Source of the DNA: Wolbachia endosymbiont strain TRS of Brugia malayi
GTDB taxonomy: Bacteria; Pseudomonadota; Alphaproteobacteria; Rickettsiales; Anaplasmataceae
Direction of reading: 5' to 3'
NCBI RefSeq assembly: GCF_000008385.1
Contig: NC_006833.1
Span: 240,001-272,000 of the forward strand
DNA: 32,000 bases
Shown here: in pieces, positions 9,592-18,299 of the stretch
Layout of the letters: the number at the start of each line of letters is the position of its first letter
Position numbering within the stretch: the first letter of the stretch is position 1
Made by a program: the position numbers and the translations under genes
Notes under the pieces: generated by a model
Seen by the model: the letters and a program-made list of their open reading frames with translations, nothing else
The model's database searches: none
Told to the model about the DNA's origin: nothing

Positions 9592-11352
9592 CTATTTTTG
9601 AATAAACTCCATTTGCATTTCTCGTATATTACTTTCTATTTGCTCTATTTGTTCTATTAGTCTTTCCTCTAAGCCAAAGTCACCGCCTAGCCTTGCTTCG
9701 ATTCTTTCTCTTTGTAATACATTTAATTCCCCCCTTAACACTATATTATTCCATACAGTTTTCGCAGATTTCCCATTGTTTAATTGACTGTTTAGTATGC
9801 TAGTCTTTTCAAATATAAGCTTTATGGTTCCATCAACGTTAAACTGTTCTAACTCTTGTAATAAAACCTCTTTATTGAGTTCACTTCCATTATTTGCTAC
9901 ATTAATTATATGCTGTTGCAATCTTTTTATCTTCACATTAGTAAATTCAAAATGGGAAAATTGCTCAAAGTATATAGGATGGTTCAAGATTTCAGGAAAT
10001 TCTAAGGTTATGCGTAAAATTATGGCCTGATTTTGTTCTGCTTCAATTAGCTCTGGAGATTTGTTGTAAAGATATTCACTTTTCGTTGCTCTTGTTTTAT
10101 TATTAAAAACCTGCTTTTTGAAGCTATTTCTTAGCTCACTAGCTTTATCGTAAAAGTAATCTCTATAATACCTTCTAATACTGCTGTTACCGATAGCATT
10201 GACATATTCCATGAACTTGCGCTCAAGAATTGAATATTTTTCCGGGGCAAGTTTCTCATAGTTTTGCAAATTGCTACCAATTATGTAATGCCACAAATAT
10301 TCAGAATGAAGTTTTGTTGAATGGTCAAGCGCGGAGAGTACGGTTTCTTTCTTATGTTCCAGCTCATTACATACATCGTATGGGTCTTTATCGGTTGGCA
10401 AAGTCACAAACTTTAACGTGTATCCAGGCTCTAATATTGGCAGAACAAGTTCCGCAACTCTAATTGCAGCATTACGTCCAGCACTATCGCCATCCATACA
10501 GATAGAGATTTCTTTAGCAAATTTCCATAGACTTTTTATTTGTTCTGCAGAAATTGCGGTACCCAGTGGAGCAACTATATTGCTAATTCCCGTTTGATGC
10601 AGTGCTATCACATCCATATATCCCTCAACAACAAATACATGCTGTTTTTTGTGTATTTCACTTAAAGCAAAGTTTAACCCGTATAAGTTTTCCCTTTTCT
10701 TGAATAGTTGACTTTCTGGGCTGTTTAAATATTTTGGCTGTTGTTTAGAGCTCAGCGCGCGTCCGCCAAAACCAATAACTTTTCCTGCGATGTTATATAT
10801 AGGAAATATCAGCCGGTTACAAAAATAATCACGAGAATTTTTATTTATCAATCCAACATCAATTAAAATTTTGTCCTCAATACCCAAGGAGTTTAAATAT
10901 TCTTTCAAACCAGAACTTGGTGCATAACCTACCTTAAATTTATCTATGATTTTAGGTGAAATCTTGCGCTGCTTTAGATAAGCTATAATACCTTGATTTT
11001 TTTGTACAAACCAACTTGCAGCTAAATTCAGCGTCGAAAACAGTTCGCCGTTTTCTTTAGCTAAATTAAGGGTTTTAGGTAACTCAACGCCTACAACTGA
11101 TGCCAGCCTTTCCAGTGCTTCTTTAAAACTCAGCCCCTCAGTTTGTGAAATGAAATTGAACACATCACCATGAGCCGAACAACCAAAGCAGTGATACGAT
11201 CCTTTAGTATTACTCACCAAAAAAGACGGTGTTTTTTCGCTATGAAATGGACAGAATCCAACAAAACTATCTCCTCTTTTTGTTAGCCTGACTTTCTTAC
11301 CTACTATATCGGATAATAATAATCTTGATTTTATAATATCTATATAATCCAT
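9592..11352 (-). CDS. dnaG: DNA primase
   Basis: 586 aa. Zinc-binding CPFHSEKTPSFLVSNTKGSYHCFGCSAHGDVFNF, Toprim VFVVEGYMDVIAL and ICMDGDSAGRNAA. Confidence 0.97.
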   Translation of the reverse strand: MDYIDIIKSRLLLSDIVGKKVRLTKRGDSFVGFCPFHSEKTPSFLVSNTKGSYHCFGCSAHGDVFNFISQTEGLSFKEALERLASVVGVELPKTLNLAKENGELFSTLNLAASWFVQKNQGIIAYLKQRKISPKIIDKFKVGYAPSSGLKEYLNSLGIEDKILIDVGLINKNSRDYFCNRLIFPIYNIAGKVIGFGGRALSSKQQPKYLNSPESQLFKKRENLYGLNFALSEIHKKQHVFVVEGYMDVIALHQTGISNIVAPLGTAISAEQIKSLWKFAKEISICMDGDSAGRNAAIRVAELVLPILEPGYTLKFVTLPTDKDPYDVCNELEHKKETVLSALDHSTKLHSEYLWHYIIGSNLQNYEKLAPEKYSILERKFMEYVNAIGNSSIRRYYRDYFYDKASELRNSFKKQVFNNKTRATKSEYLYNKSPELIEAEQNQAIILRITLEFPEILNHPIYFEQFSHFEFTNVKIKRLQQHIINVANNGSELNKEVLLQELEQFNVDGTIKLIFEKTSILNSQLNNGKSAKTVWNNIVLRGELNVLQRERIEARLGGDFGLEERLIEQIEQIESNIREMQMEFIQK

Positions 11353-11497
11353 CTTATTGAATTAGTAGTGGTAGGACAAAGATTATACAGAATTTATGCA
11401 CATCTAGCTCAAAATTTATTTTGAGCTTCAGAGTTTCAAAAAGATTAGAAGCATTGGGTGGCTTGACAGAAAGCTTAAAATGGATTACTCATATTAG

Positions 11498-12706
11498 ATG
11501 TCCTTAAGTGATGCAAGATCAATTTCTTATATGTCAGATATAATATCAATCGCTTCAGACCATGCTGGTTATGAATTAAAATCAGAAATAAAGTCTTACC
11601 TGGAAACTCTGGGTTGCAAAGTGCTAGACCGTGGTTGTACTGCTGAGCAAAAGTGCGTAGATTATCCAGACTATGCTGTTAAAATTGCAGAAGATATAAT
11701 AAACAAAAAAGCAGATTATGGGATATTAATCTGTGGCACAGGTCTGGGTATGAGTATCGTAGCAAATCGCTTTAAAGGGATCCACGCCGTTTTATGTAAT
11801 AGTGTTGAGATCACGAAATTAGCCCGCGAACATGGCAATGCAAATGTATTGTGCCTTGGTGCAAGATTTACTGCCAGTGGATTAGCAAAAGATATAGTCA
11901 AACAATTCCTCGAAACAGAATTTTCAAAAGAAAGCAGACACAAAAGACGCCTTGATAAACTCAGTAATATAGCCTCTTTTAGTAAGAGAAAAAAAGTACA
12001 AACTTATAACGAAGATGAGGTGTCAAAATTTGCTAAAATGGTAGGCGAATGGTGGGATGAGAATGGCAAATTCAAGCCATTACACATGATGAATCCTGTG
12101 AGAGTATCTTACATTATCGAGAAGATAAAAGAGTTAAAGAAGTGTGATCTAAAGAAATTATCATTGCTTGATGTTGGGTGTGGTGGTGGTATTTTATCAG
12201 AATCAATAGCACGCGTCGGCATTAACGTTTTAGGAATAGATGTATGTGAAGAAAACATAAAAGTGGCACAGTCACATGCGAAAAAAGTAGGGTTGAATAT
12301 AGAATATACACACACTAGCATTGAAGAGCTAAGCAATAACCAAAAATACGATGTAGTTCTATTGATGGAAGTAGTTGAGCATGTGGATAATTTAGAGCTT
12401 TTCATAAAAAAAGCAATAGAATTGCTAAAACCAGAGGGACTGATATTTATATCAACAATAAATAGAACTTTTAAATCCTTCTTTCTTGCAATAATTGGTG
12501 CAGAGTACATATTAAACTGGCTGCCGAAAGGTACGCACAATTGGAATAAGTTTCTCAAGCCATCAGAGATTGCAAATCACCTAAGGGAAGGCAATGTAAC
12601 ACTGCAAGACATGGCAGGTATGGAGTATAACATAATAAAGAGCGAATGGAATTTAACTAAAGGTGTGGATGTTAACTATATACTTTGTGGTGTGATGAAT
12701 AGTTAG
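11498..12706 (+). CDS. rpiB-ubiG: Fused ribose-5-phosphate isomerase B / ubiquinone biosynthesis O-methyltransferase (RpiB-UbiG)
   Basis: Single 402-aa ORF. Residues about 13-150 are RpiB (IASDHAGYELK, CVDYPDYA, GILICGTGLGMSIVANRFKGIHAVLC, LCLGARF). Residues about 160-402 are UbiG (KMVGEWWDENGKFKPLHMMNPVRVSYI, LLDVGCGGGILSESIAR, EVVEHVDN, STINRTFKS, THNWNKFLKPSEI). Confidence 0.9.
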   Translation: MSLSDARSISYMSDIISIASDHAGYELKSEIKSYLETLGCKVLDRGCTAEQKCVDYPDYAVKIAEDIINKKADYGILICGTGLGMSIVANRFKGIHAVLCNSVEITKLAREHGNANVLCLGARFTASGLAKDIVKQFLETEFSKESRHKRRLDKLSNIASFSKRKKVQTYNEDEVSKFAKMVGEWWDENGKFKPLHMMNPVRVSYIIEKIKELKKCDLKKLSLLDVGCGGGILSESIARVGINVLGIDVCEENIKVAQSHAKKVGLNIEYTHTSIEELSNNQKYDVVLLMEVVEHVDNLELFIKKAIELLKPEGLIFISTINRTFKSFFLAIIGAEYILNWLPKGTHNWNKFLKPSEIANHLREGNVTLQDMAGMEYNIIKSEWNLTKGVDVNYILCGVMNS

Positions 12707-12720
12707 ATTTTACTCATAAA

Positions 12721-13125
12721 AGTACCATCTTTATTTCCAAAGTAGTAAAGAAGAATCAACACATCTTTTCTTATTATTGAACACCAATCCAGGAATGCAG
12801 TTTACTTCACCTCCAGAAATTTCATGATCACCCTGACCCACGAATTCATACCCAGAGGAACAATAACACATTTCCATTCTGCACCATTTGCTTCTCATAA
12901 AAGCAGCAAGTCTCTTTTCCTGTTATCGTTCTTACAATTTTAGATGCACCAAAAAATACAGCAATAAACATATCAGGTGAGAAAAGTGCAGACCAAGGCA
13001 TTCTTCCAAATATTGTAAGCAAATTTGCACCAATTGTTACATTGTAAAAAAGTAGTCCACCTATTCCATGAATGTAATTTACTACATTACATATTATATC
13101 TATTACCTTATCAGTTGAGCATAAA
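12721..13125 (-). pseudogene. VirB2-like (TrbC/VirB2 family) T4SS pilin relic
   Basis: Minus-strand translation CSTDKVIDIICNVVNYIHGIGGLLFYNVTIGANLLTIFGRMPWSALFSPDMFIAVFFGASKIVRTITG fits the VirB2 two-TM pilin pattern. An in-frame stop replaces the signal peptide region, and a frameshift precedes a Cys-rich tail (CYCSSGYEFVGQGDHEISGGEVNCIPG). Confidence 0.55.
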
Positions 13126-13248
13126 GATTATATTAAATATACTTAACCACTTTTCACTATCATAAATCCGTAGAGTTTGCAATGAAATCCGGTAGTCTAT
13201 TGATTTTTATCACTAGTATAGGTACGATAAAGCTTTAAGTACTAGATA

Positions 13249-14871
13249 ATGGAGCAATTTGAGAATTTTTATATAACCACGCCAATATATTATGTAAACG
13301 ACAAACCGCACATTGGTCACGCATATACCTCCCTCATCTGTGATGTTACAGCTAGGTTTATGAAGCTAGCTGGAAAAAATGTTAAATTTACTACCGGTAC
13401 AGACGAGCACGGGCAAAAAATCGAAAAAGCAGCTAAAACAAAGGGAATGCATCCAAAAGAATTTACAGATAAAGTGAGCGTTTCATTTAGGAAATTAGCT
13501 GAGTTCATAGATTTTCAATATGATGATTTTATTCGCACCACAGAAGAACGTCACGAGAAAGCAGTTGTAGCTTTATGGGATAGGCTTGAAGAGAGGGGAC
13601 AAATATATCTGGATTCTTATTCAGGTTGGTATTCAGTCAGCGATGAGGCATTTTATCAGGAATCGGAGCTAATAGATGGCAAAGCACCAACAGGTGCTGA
13701 GGTTGAATGGGTAAAAGAAGAGAGTTACTTTTTTCGTTTATCAAGTTGGCAAAATAAATTACTAGAACTATACAAAAATCAGCCAAATTTTATCTTTCCT
13801 GAAAGCAGAAAAAATGAAGTGATATCGTTTGTAAAATCAGGACTGACTGACCTTTCAATTTCTCGCATTAGTTTTAACTGGGGGATAAAAGTGCCAAGAA
13901 ATGACAAACACATAATCTACGTTTGGGTAGATGCATTAACTAATTATCTCACATCAATAGGTTTTCCTAACACGGAAAATGAAGAATATAAAAAGTTTTG
14001 GGCAGAATCACAGTCTGTCATCCAAGTAGCTGACACTTGGATCCAGAAGGAAATACAGATTTCGGCGTCACGCGCTAGAATGACATCGAATCTAGCTGAT
14101 AACTCCTTCAATATTCATGTAATTGGCAAAGACATATTACGCTTTCACGCCGTATACTGGCCGGCAATTCTCCTTGCAGCAGACTTGCCACTGCCAAAAC
14201 AAATTGTAGTTCATGGTTGGTGGTTAAACGAGGGGAAAAAAATATCTAAGTCTCTCGGTAATGTCATAGATCCAATTGCCTTGGCTAAAGAGTTTGGTGT
14301 TGATCAGCTGCGCTATTTTCTCCTTCGGGAAGCAAGCTTTGGCCAGGATGGTAATTTCAGTAAGAAGAACATGATCAGCCGAATAAATTCAGAACTTGCA
14401 AATAATATAGGTAATTTAGTGCAAAGAACGATTTCATTTTTACATAAACGATGCTTTGGAGTTGTACCAACAGTTGACAAAAGCCTACTTAAAGGTGAGG
14501 AAGGCCTTCCAAATTACAGAGCTATATTCAATCAAGTAATGGATCATTTATCAAAGTATGAATTTAACCACATTATACTTCTAATTATCAACATTTCTTC
14601 CGAAGCCAATGCTTATATAGATAAAAGCGCGCCTTGGATACTAAGCAAAACTGATAGAGAGCGCATGAATCTAGTGATCTACAAACTACTGGAATATATC
14701 AGGATAATTGGTATTCTATTACAACCAATTGTCCCGAGGCCAGCAGAGGTGATACTTGACCAGTTGCAAATCCCGAAAGAACAACGAGATTTAAAATCTC
14801 TGTGTGGCGCGTACGTAAGTTCAGGCACTACATTGCATAAACCTACGCCGGTTTTTTTGAGGATTGAGTAG
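13249..14871 (+). CDS. metG: Methionyl-tRNA synthetase
   Basis: 540 aa. YYVNDKPHIGHAYTSLICD, KFTTGTDEHGQKIEKAA, DNSFNIHVIGKDILRFHAVYWPA, WWLNEGKKISKSLGNVIDP. Confidence 0.96.
   Translation: MEQFENFYITTPIYYVNDKPHIGHAYTSLICDVTARFMKLAGKNVKFTTGTDEHGQKIEKAAKTKGMHPKEFTDKVSVSFRKLAEFIDFQYDDFIRTTEERHEKAVVALWDRLEERGQIYLDSYSGWYSVSDEAFYQESELIDGKAPTGAEVEWVKEESYFFRLSSWQNKLLELYKNQPNFIFPESRKNEVISFVKSGLTDLSISRISFNWGIKVPRNDKHIIYVWVDALTNYLTSIGFPNTENEEYKKFWAESQSVIQVADTWIQKEIQISASRARMTSNLADNSFNIHVIGKDILRFHAVYWPAILLAADLPLPKQIVVHGWWLNEGKKISKSLGNVIDPIALAKEFGVDQLRYFLLREASFGQDGNFSKKNMISRINSELANNIGNLVQRTISFLHKRCFGVVPTVDKSLLKGEEGLPNYRAIFNQVMDHLSKYEFNHIILLIINISSEANAYIDKSAPWILSKTDRERMNLVIYKLLEYIRIIGILLQPIVPRPAEVILDQLQIPKEQRDLKSLCGAYVSSGTTLHKPTPVFLRIE
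14006..14098 (+). repeat. In-frame palindromic element inserted in metG
   Basis: Encodes about 31-34 extra residues (ESQSVIQVADTWIQKEIQISASRARMTSNL) between KKFWA and DNSFNIHVIGKD. Contains inverted arms ATCCAAGT (14020-14027) and ACTTGGAT (14035-14042). Confidence 0.75.
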
Positions 14872-14914
14872 AGGTCACATAATATGCCCTCTACTTATTT
14901 TGCTTTAGGATTTA

Positions 14915-15530
14915 GTTATGCTAGAGTTAACAACAAATGATTGAGTTACGTTAACATCATCAAATGATGCTGATACGGGAGTAGTAGCATAATTATAAAA
15001 AACGTAAGGTAAATAACTCATAGCTAAATAAGGCATAACTTTTGTTGCTTGACCAGCAAGCCAATTAATTGCGCTCACTGCTTGATTAAAATAACCATTA
15101 ACTTTAGTTCCTTCTTCAGTTTGCTGATTTCTATGCTGGAAACCTCAGTATCTTGACTTTATGCATCAAAATATGAGTAATATTCTAAATCATTTAAATT
15201 TTTAGAAGTCGTAAGACCTAAAAAATCCAAACCATTAGCTTGTTTTCCTTGTCTGTCAGAAGGAACTTCGTGATCTAGGTAGTTCAAATGACCTCTTCTT
15301 TAGATGATTGCTCTTGCTTATCAAAAAGTTCAGTATTCTTTTTAGCAAGACGAGTTTCCTGTTCAGAAATCCTTTCTTTCGAGCCTGCACTAAAGCATCT
15401 TTCCCAGCAAGTTGAGCATCTTTCTCAGAAATGACTTTGTTCTTACTAATTGCTGCATATAAAAGTGCAATAGTTACAATAAAAAACACAGCACAGCTAA
15501 CAATAAGCAAGAGGGTCAACACTTAACGCT
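14915..15530 (-). pseudogene. Degraded membrane/coiled-coil hypothetical protein
   Basis: ORF 15256-15522(-) gives a TM segment (MLTLLLIVSCAVFFIVTIALLYAAI) plus SEKDAQLAGKDALVQA. Other frames continue downstream with QANGLDFLGLTTSKNLNDLEYYSYFDA* and EEGTKVNGYFNQAVSAINWLAGQATKVMPYLAMSYLPYVFYNYATTPVSAS. Multiple frameshifts or stops. Confidence 0.5.
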
Positions 15531-15729
15531 GCAGCTGAAGCTAAAAAACAACATAAGGAGCTATAGCAAACGTTCCTGATACTAATAGGGTTGAAGTAGC
15601 TGAGGTACCAATTATATAATAAGGTACATTATTCTTATTTATGATTACCCAGCAATTATTTATGTCATTGTGACAATTACAAAAGCAACCGTCAAATTAA
15701 ATTTTACATAACAAGCAGATAAATCTTGA

Positions 15730-15814
15730 AACGCGATTTAAGATTTCTGTGCAACACGTACATAAGTCCAGGACCACATTACCTAAGCCTACGCCAGTTT
15801 TTTTTGAGGATTGA
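15730..15814 (+). repeat. Degenerate copy of the metG 3' end
   Basis: aacgcgatttaagatttctgtgcaacacgtacataagtccaggaccacattacctaagcctacgccagttttttttgaggattga aligns with 14783-14867, offset about 947 bp. Confidence 0.8.
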
Positions 15815-15854
15815 TGCTTAAATAACCCTTGGTAGACCATTAAGCTCATATCTA

Positions 15855-15930
15855 TACCAACACTGCAATTTGCAGGTAATTTGCACGACACTCACTAGTA
15901 GAGATCGCTTTTGTAATTGCAATGTTGGTG
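15855..15930. repeat. Inverted repeat (arms 15855-15870 and 15915-15930)
   Basis: taccaacactgcaatt versus the reverse complement of aattgcaatgttggtg, about 14/16 matching. Confidence 0.5.
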
Positions 15931-16223
15931 TAACCTAAATTGTCTTAGCTAAAATGCTTAAGGAACTCACCAAGCAGGAAAAAAAGCAAAAGAAACCCTA
16001 GTGATATCTCTTGTAGGAACTTGACATTAATGTCTTATATGCTTGGTAAGTAGTCAACCTTGGAATTATAAATATCCATAACGTCACGATAAGGGTAATG
16101 CAGAAGTTTTTCAAATAATTTCTTTATAAAAAAAGAAGATTAGTTGATTTTTGAACTAATTCTTAAATAAAGACAAAAAGAACAATGCAATGTGAGTTGT
16201 TTACTGTTCTCTCAAAAACTTGG

Positions 16224-16248
16224 CGCTTATTACATTACTTAATAAGCG
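16224..16248. repeat. Perfect 8-bp inverted repeat with 9-nt loop (CGCTTATT...AATAAGCG)
   Basis: Read directly. Intergenic, upstream of the symporter ORF. Confidence 0.5.
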
Positions 16249-16624
16249 AGATTCAGCTAACGTAGATAAAAATTTATAAAGACATGGAGTGTCTATATAA
16301 GAAAAATTAAACATAACACACCTAGTTTAATAATGTGCTTTTGTCACTTAAATAAAGATTAAGGATAAATTTTAGGTCTAAAACATCCCCATATAAGGGT
16401 TCTTAAGGCCTGTAAAATGGGCTTTACATTTCTGTGAGCTGCTTGAATTCCTGAAATCAAAATGCTCGTGCAATTGTGTACGTGGTGCTGAAATCTAGCT
16501 TATGATCAGCCATATGATATAGAAATGAACTTCGTTAATCATGCAAACTTTCACAGAAAATAGGCTTAGGTATTTTCAACTTTTGTTTGTATACTAAGTC
16601 AAAATGCTTACCTTCAGCACGTAG

Positions 16625-18013
16625 ATGGATATAATAAAGTTTGTTTTATTACTACCAACAATATTACTAATACTAACTGCTGGTGTTTATCTATCAGTTA
16701 GATTGAAATGGTTACAGATATTTAGGTTACCACATGCCCTTTCACTTATTGGAGTTAAGAAAGGGGAAAATAAATTTTCCTCTATAGCTGCCCTATTTAC
16801 AATCTTAGGAGGAAATTTAGGAGTAGGGAATATTTCAGGAACTGCTGTTGCTCTAAAAACAGGAGGACCAGGTTCTATTTTGTGGATGGCGATAATTGTT
16901 ATTATCACTTCTGTAATAAAATATGTCACTTGTTACCTGAGTATAAAGAACAGAAAGAAAAAGAATGGACGATTTATAGGTGGCCCTATGGCCTATATGG
17001 TTGATGCATTTAACTCTAGAAAAGCTACAGTTGTATTCCTAGTTATTATGATAATGGTTTCGATAATCGTCGGTAACCTTGTTCAGGTAAATTCCCTGTC
17101 AATACCACTTGATATGATAAATGTACCTGTGGTCACTGGTGGAATTATTATGACCATAATATTTTTTGTTGTTGCGGCTCTTAGCTTAAAAAAAATCAAA
17201 ATTTTCATATCAGCTATGATACCAATAATGACAATAAGTTACCTCACACTTTGCGGTATTATATTATTTAAATTTAGTGAAAATATTCTTCCTTCTCTAA
17301 AGCTAATAACAAGCAGCTTTTTTACAACTAGTAGCTTTAACTTTGGTTTATCTTTAGGTTTAGTTTTAGAAATGTTAACTATTATTCAAGTAGGAACTTT
17401 ACGAGGTATTTTTGCAACAGATATAGGGCTTGGTCTCGAAGGAATTGTACACTCTTCAATTATTCCTAAGAAAAATAATAATAAATTTATTATCGAACAG
17501 AGTCTAATCACAATAATATCGCCTTTTATAGTTGCATTCATAGTATTTATTACAACAATGGTACTGCTTGTTACAGATTCTTGGGTTACTGGTTTAGAGA
17601 GTACTAACATGTGCATATTTGCTTTCAGAAAAGCAATGAATTGGCCTTATATTGACTATTTAATTATGGCCATAATGTTTTGTTTTGCTTTTACTACTAT
17701 TTTTACCTGGTTTTTTTGCTCGAAGCAGACAATACGTTATGTATCTCAAAATGATAAATACACTAAAATCTGGATTATAATCTTCACTGCGGTTATCCCA
17801 CTTGGTTCAATAAGTAAGGTTCAGTTGCTATGGGATGTTGCCGATATTTCTATCGCTGCTTTGTTGTTTATCAACATATTAGCTATACTCAAACTGACTT
17901 CTCGAGATCCAGAAGTGTTCACTGTGAGCAGCAGGTATCTGAAGTTGAATCAGCCGATTTTCAACAAAAACAAAACTAGAAACTGGCTAGCTATTCTCAT
18001 ATTAAGGGGTTGA
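16625..18013 (+). CDS. Sodium:alanine symporter family (AGCS) transporter
   Basis: 462 aa, multi-TM. LFTILGGNLGVGNISGTAVALKTGGPGSILWM, FIGGPMAYMV and GIFATDIGLGLEGIVHSS match AGCS signatures. Confidence 0.88.
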   Translation: MDIIKFVLLLPTILLILTAGVYLSVRLKWLQIFRLPHALSLIGVKKGENKFSSIAALFTILGGNLGVGNISGTAVALKTGGPGSILWMAIIVIITSVIKYVTCYLSIKNRKKKNGRFIGGPMAYMVDAFNSRKATVVFLVIMIMVSIIVGNLVQVNSLSIPLDMINVPVVTGGIIMTIIFFVVAALSLKKIKIFISAMIPIMTISYLTLCGIILFKFSENILPSLKLITSSFFTTSSFNFGLSLGLVLEMLTIIQVGTLRGIFATDIGLGLEGIVHSSIIPKKNNNKFIIEQSLITIISPFIVAFIVFITTMVLLVTDSWVTGLESTNMCIFAFRKAMNWPYIDYLIMAIMFCFAFTTIFTWFFCSKQTIRYVSQNDKYTKIWIIIFTAVIPLGSISKVQLLWDVADISIAALLFINILAILKLTSRDPEVFTVSSRYLKLNQPIFNKNKTRNWLAILILRG

Positions 18014-18299
18014 TTTTCATACTTGTTACTTGTATAGTTCGTGTCGTTATATTAACAATACAACTGTCTTTTTTAAAAATTTAATCAGTTTTCATAATAA
18101 TAATACTAGCTAAAGCTAAAAAGTGAAGGGTTATTAGTGAGGAAAAATATGAAAGTTAAGAGCACATAGCAGGAATACAGCTATCATGAATTCATTCAAA
18201 ATTTTTCATTTTTATTCGGTTAAAATAAAAAGAGAAAATGACCTAAATTTACAACGTTAGAGCTGGTTTAGGTACAGTAAAGTTTTTAATAAAACACGC

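Noticed and set aside
12109-12558. 149-aa minus-strand ORF within the UbiG domain
   Set aside because: Antisense to clear UbiG motifs.
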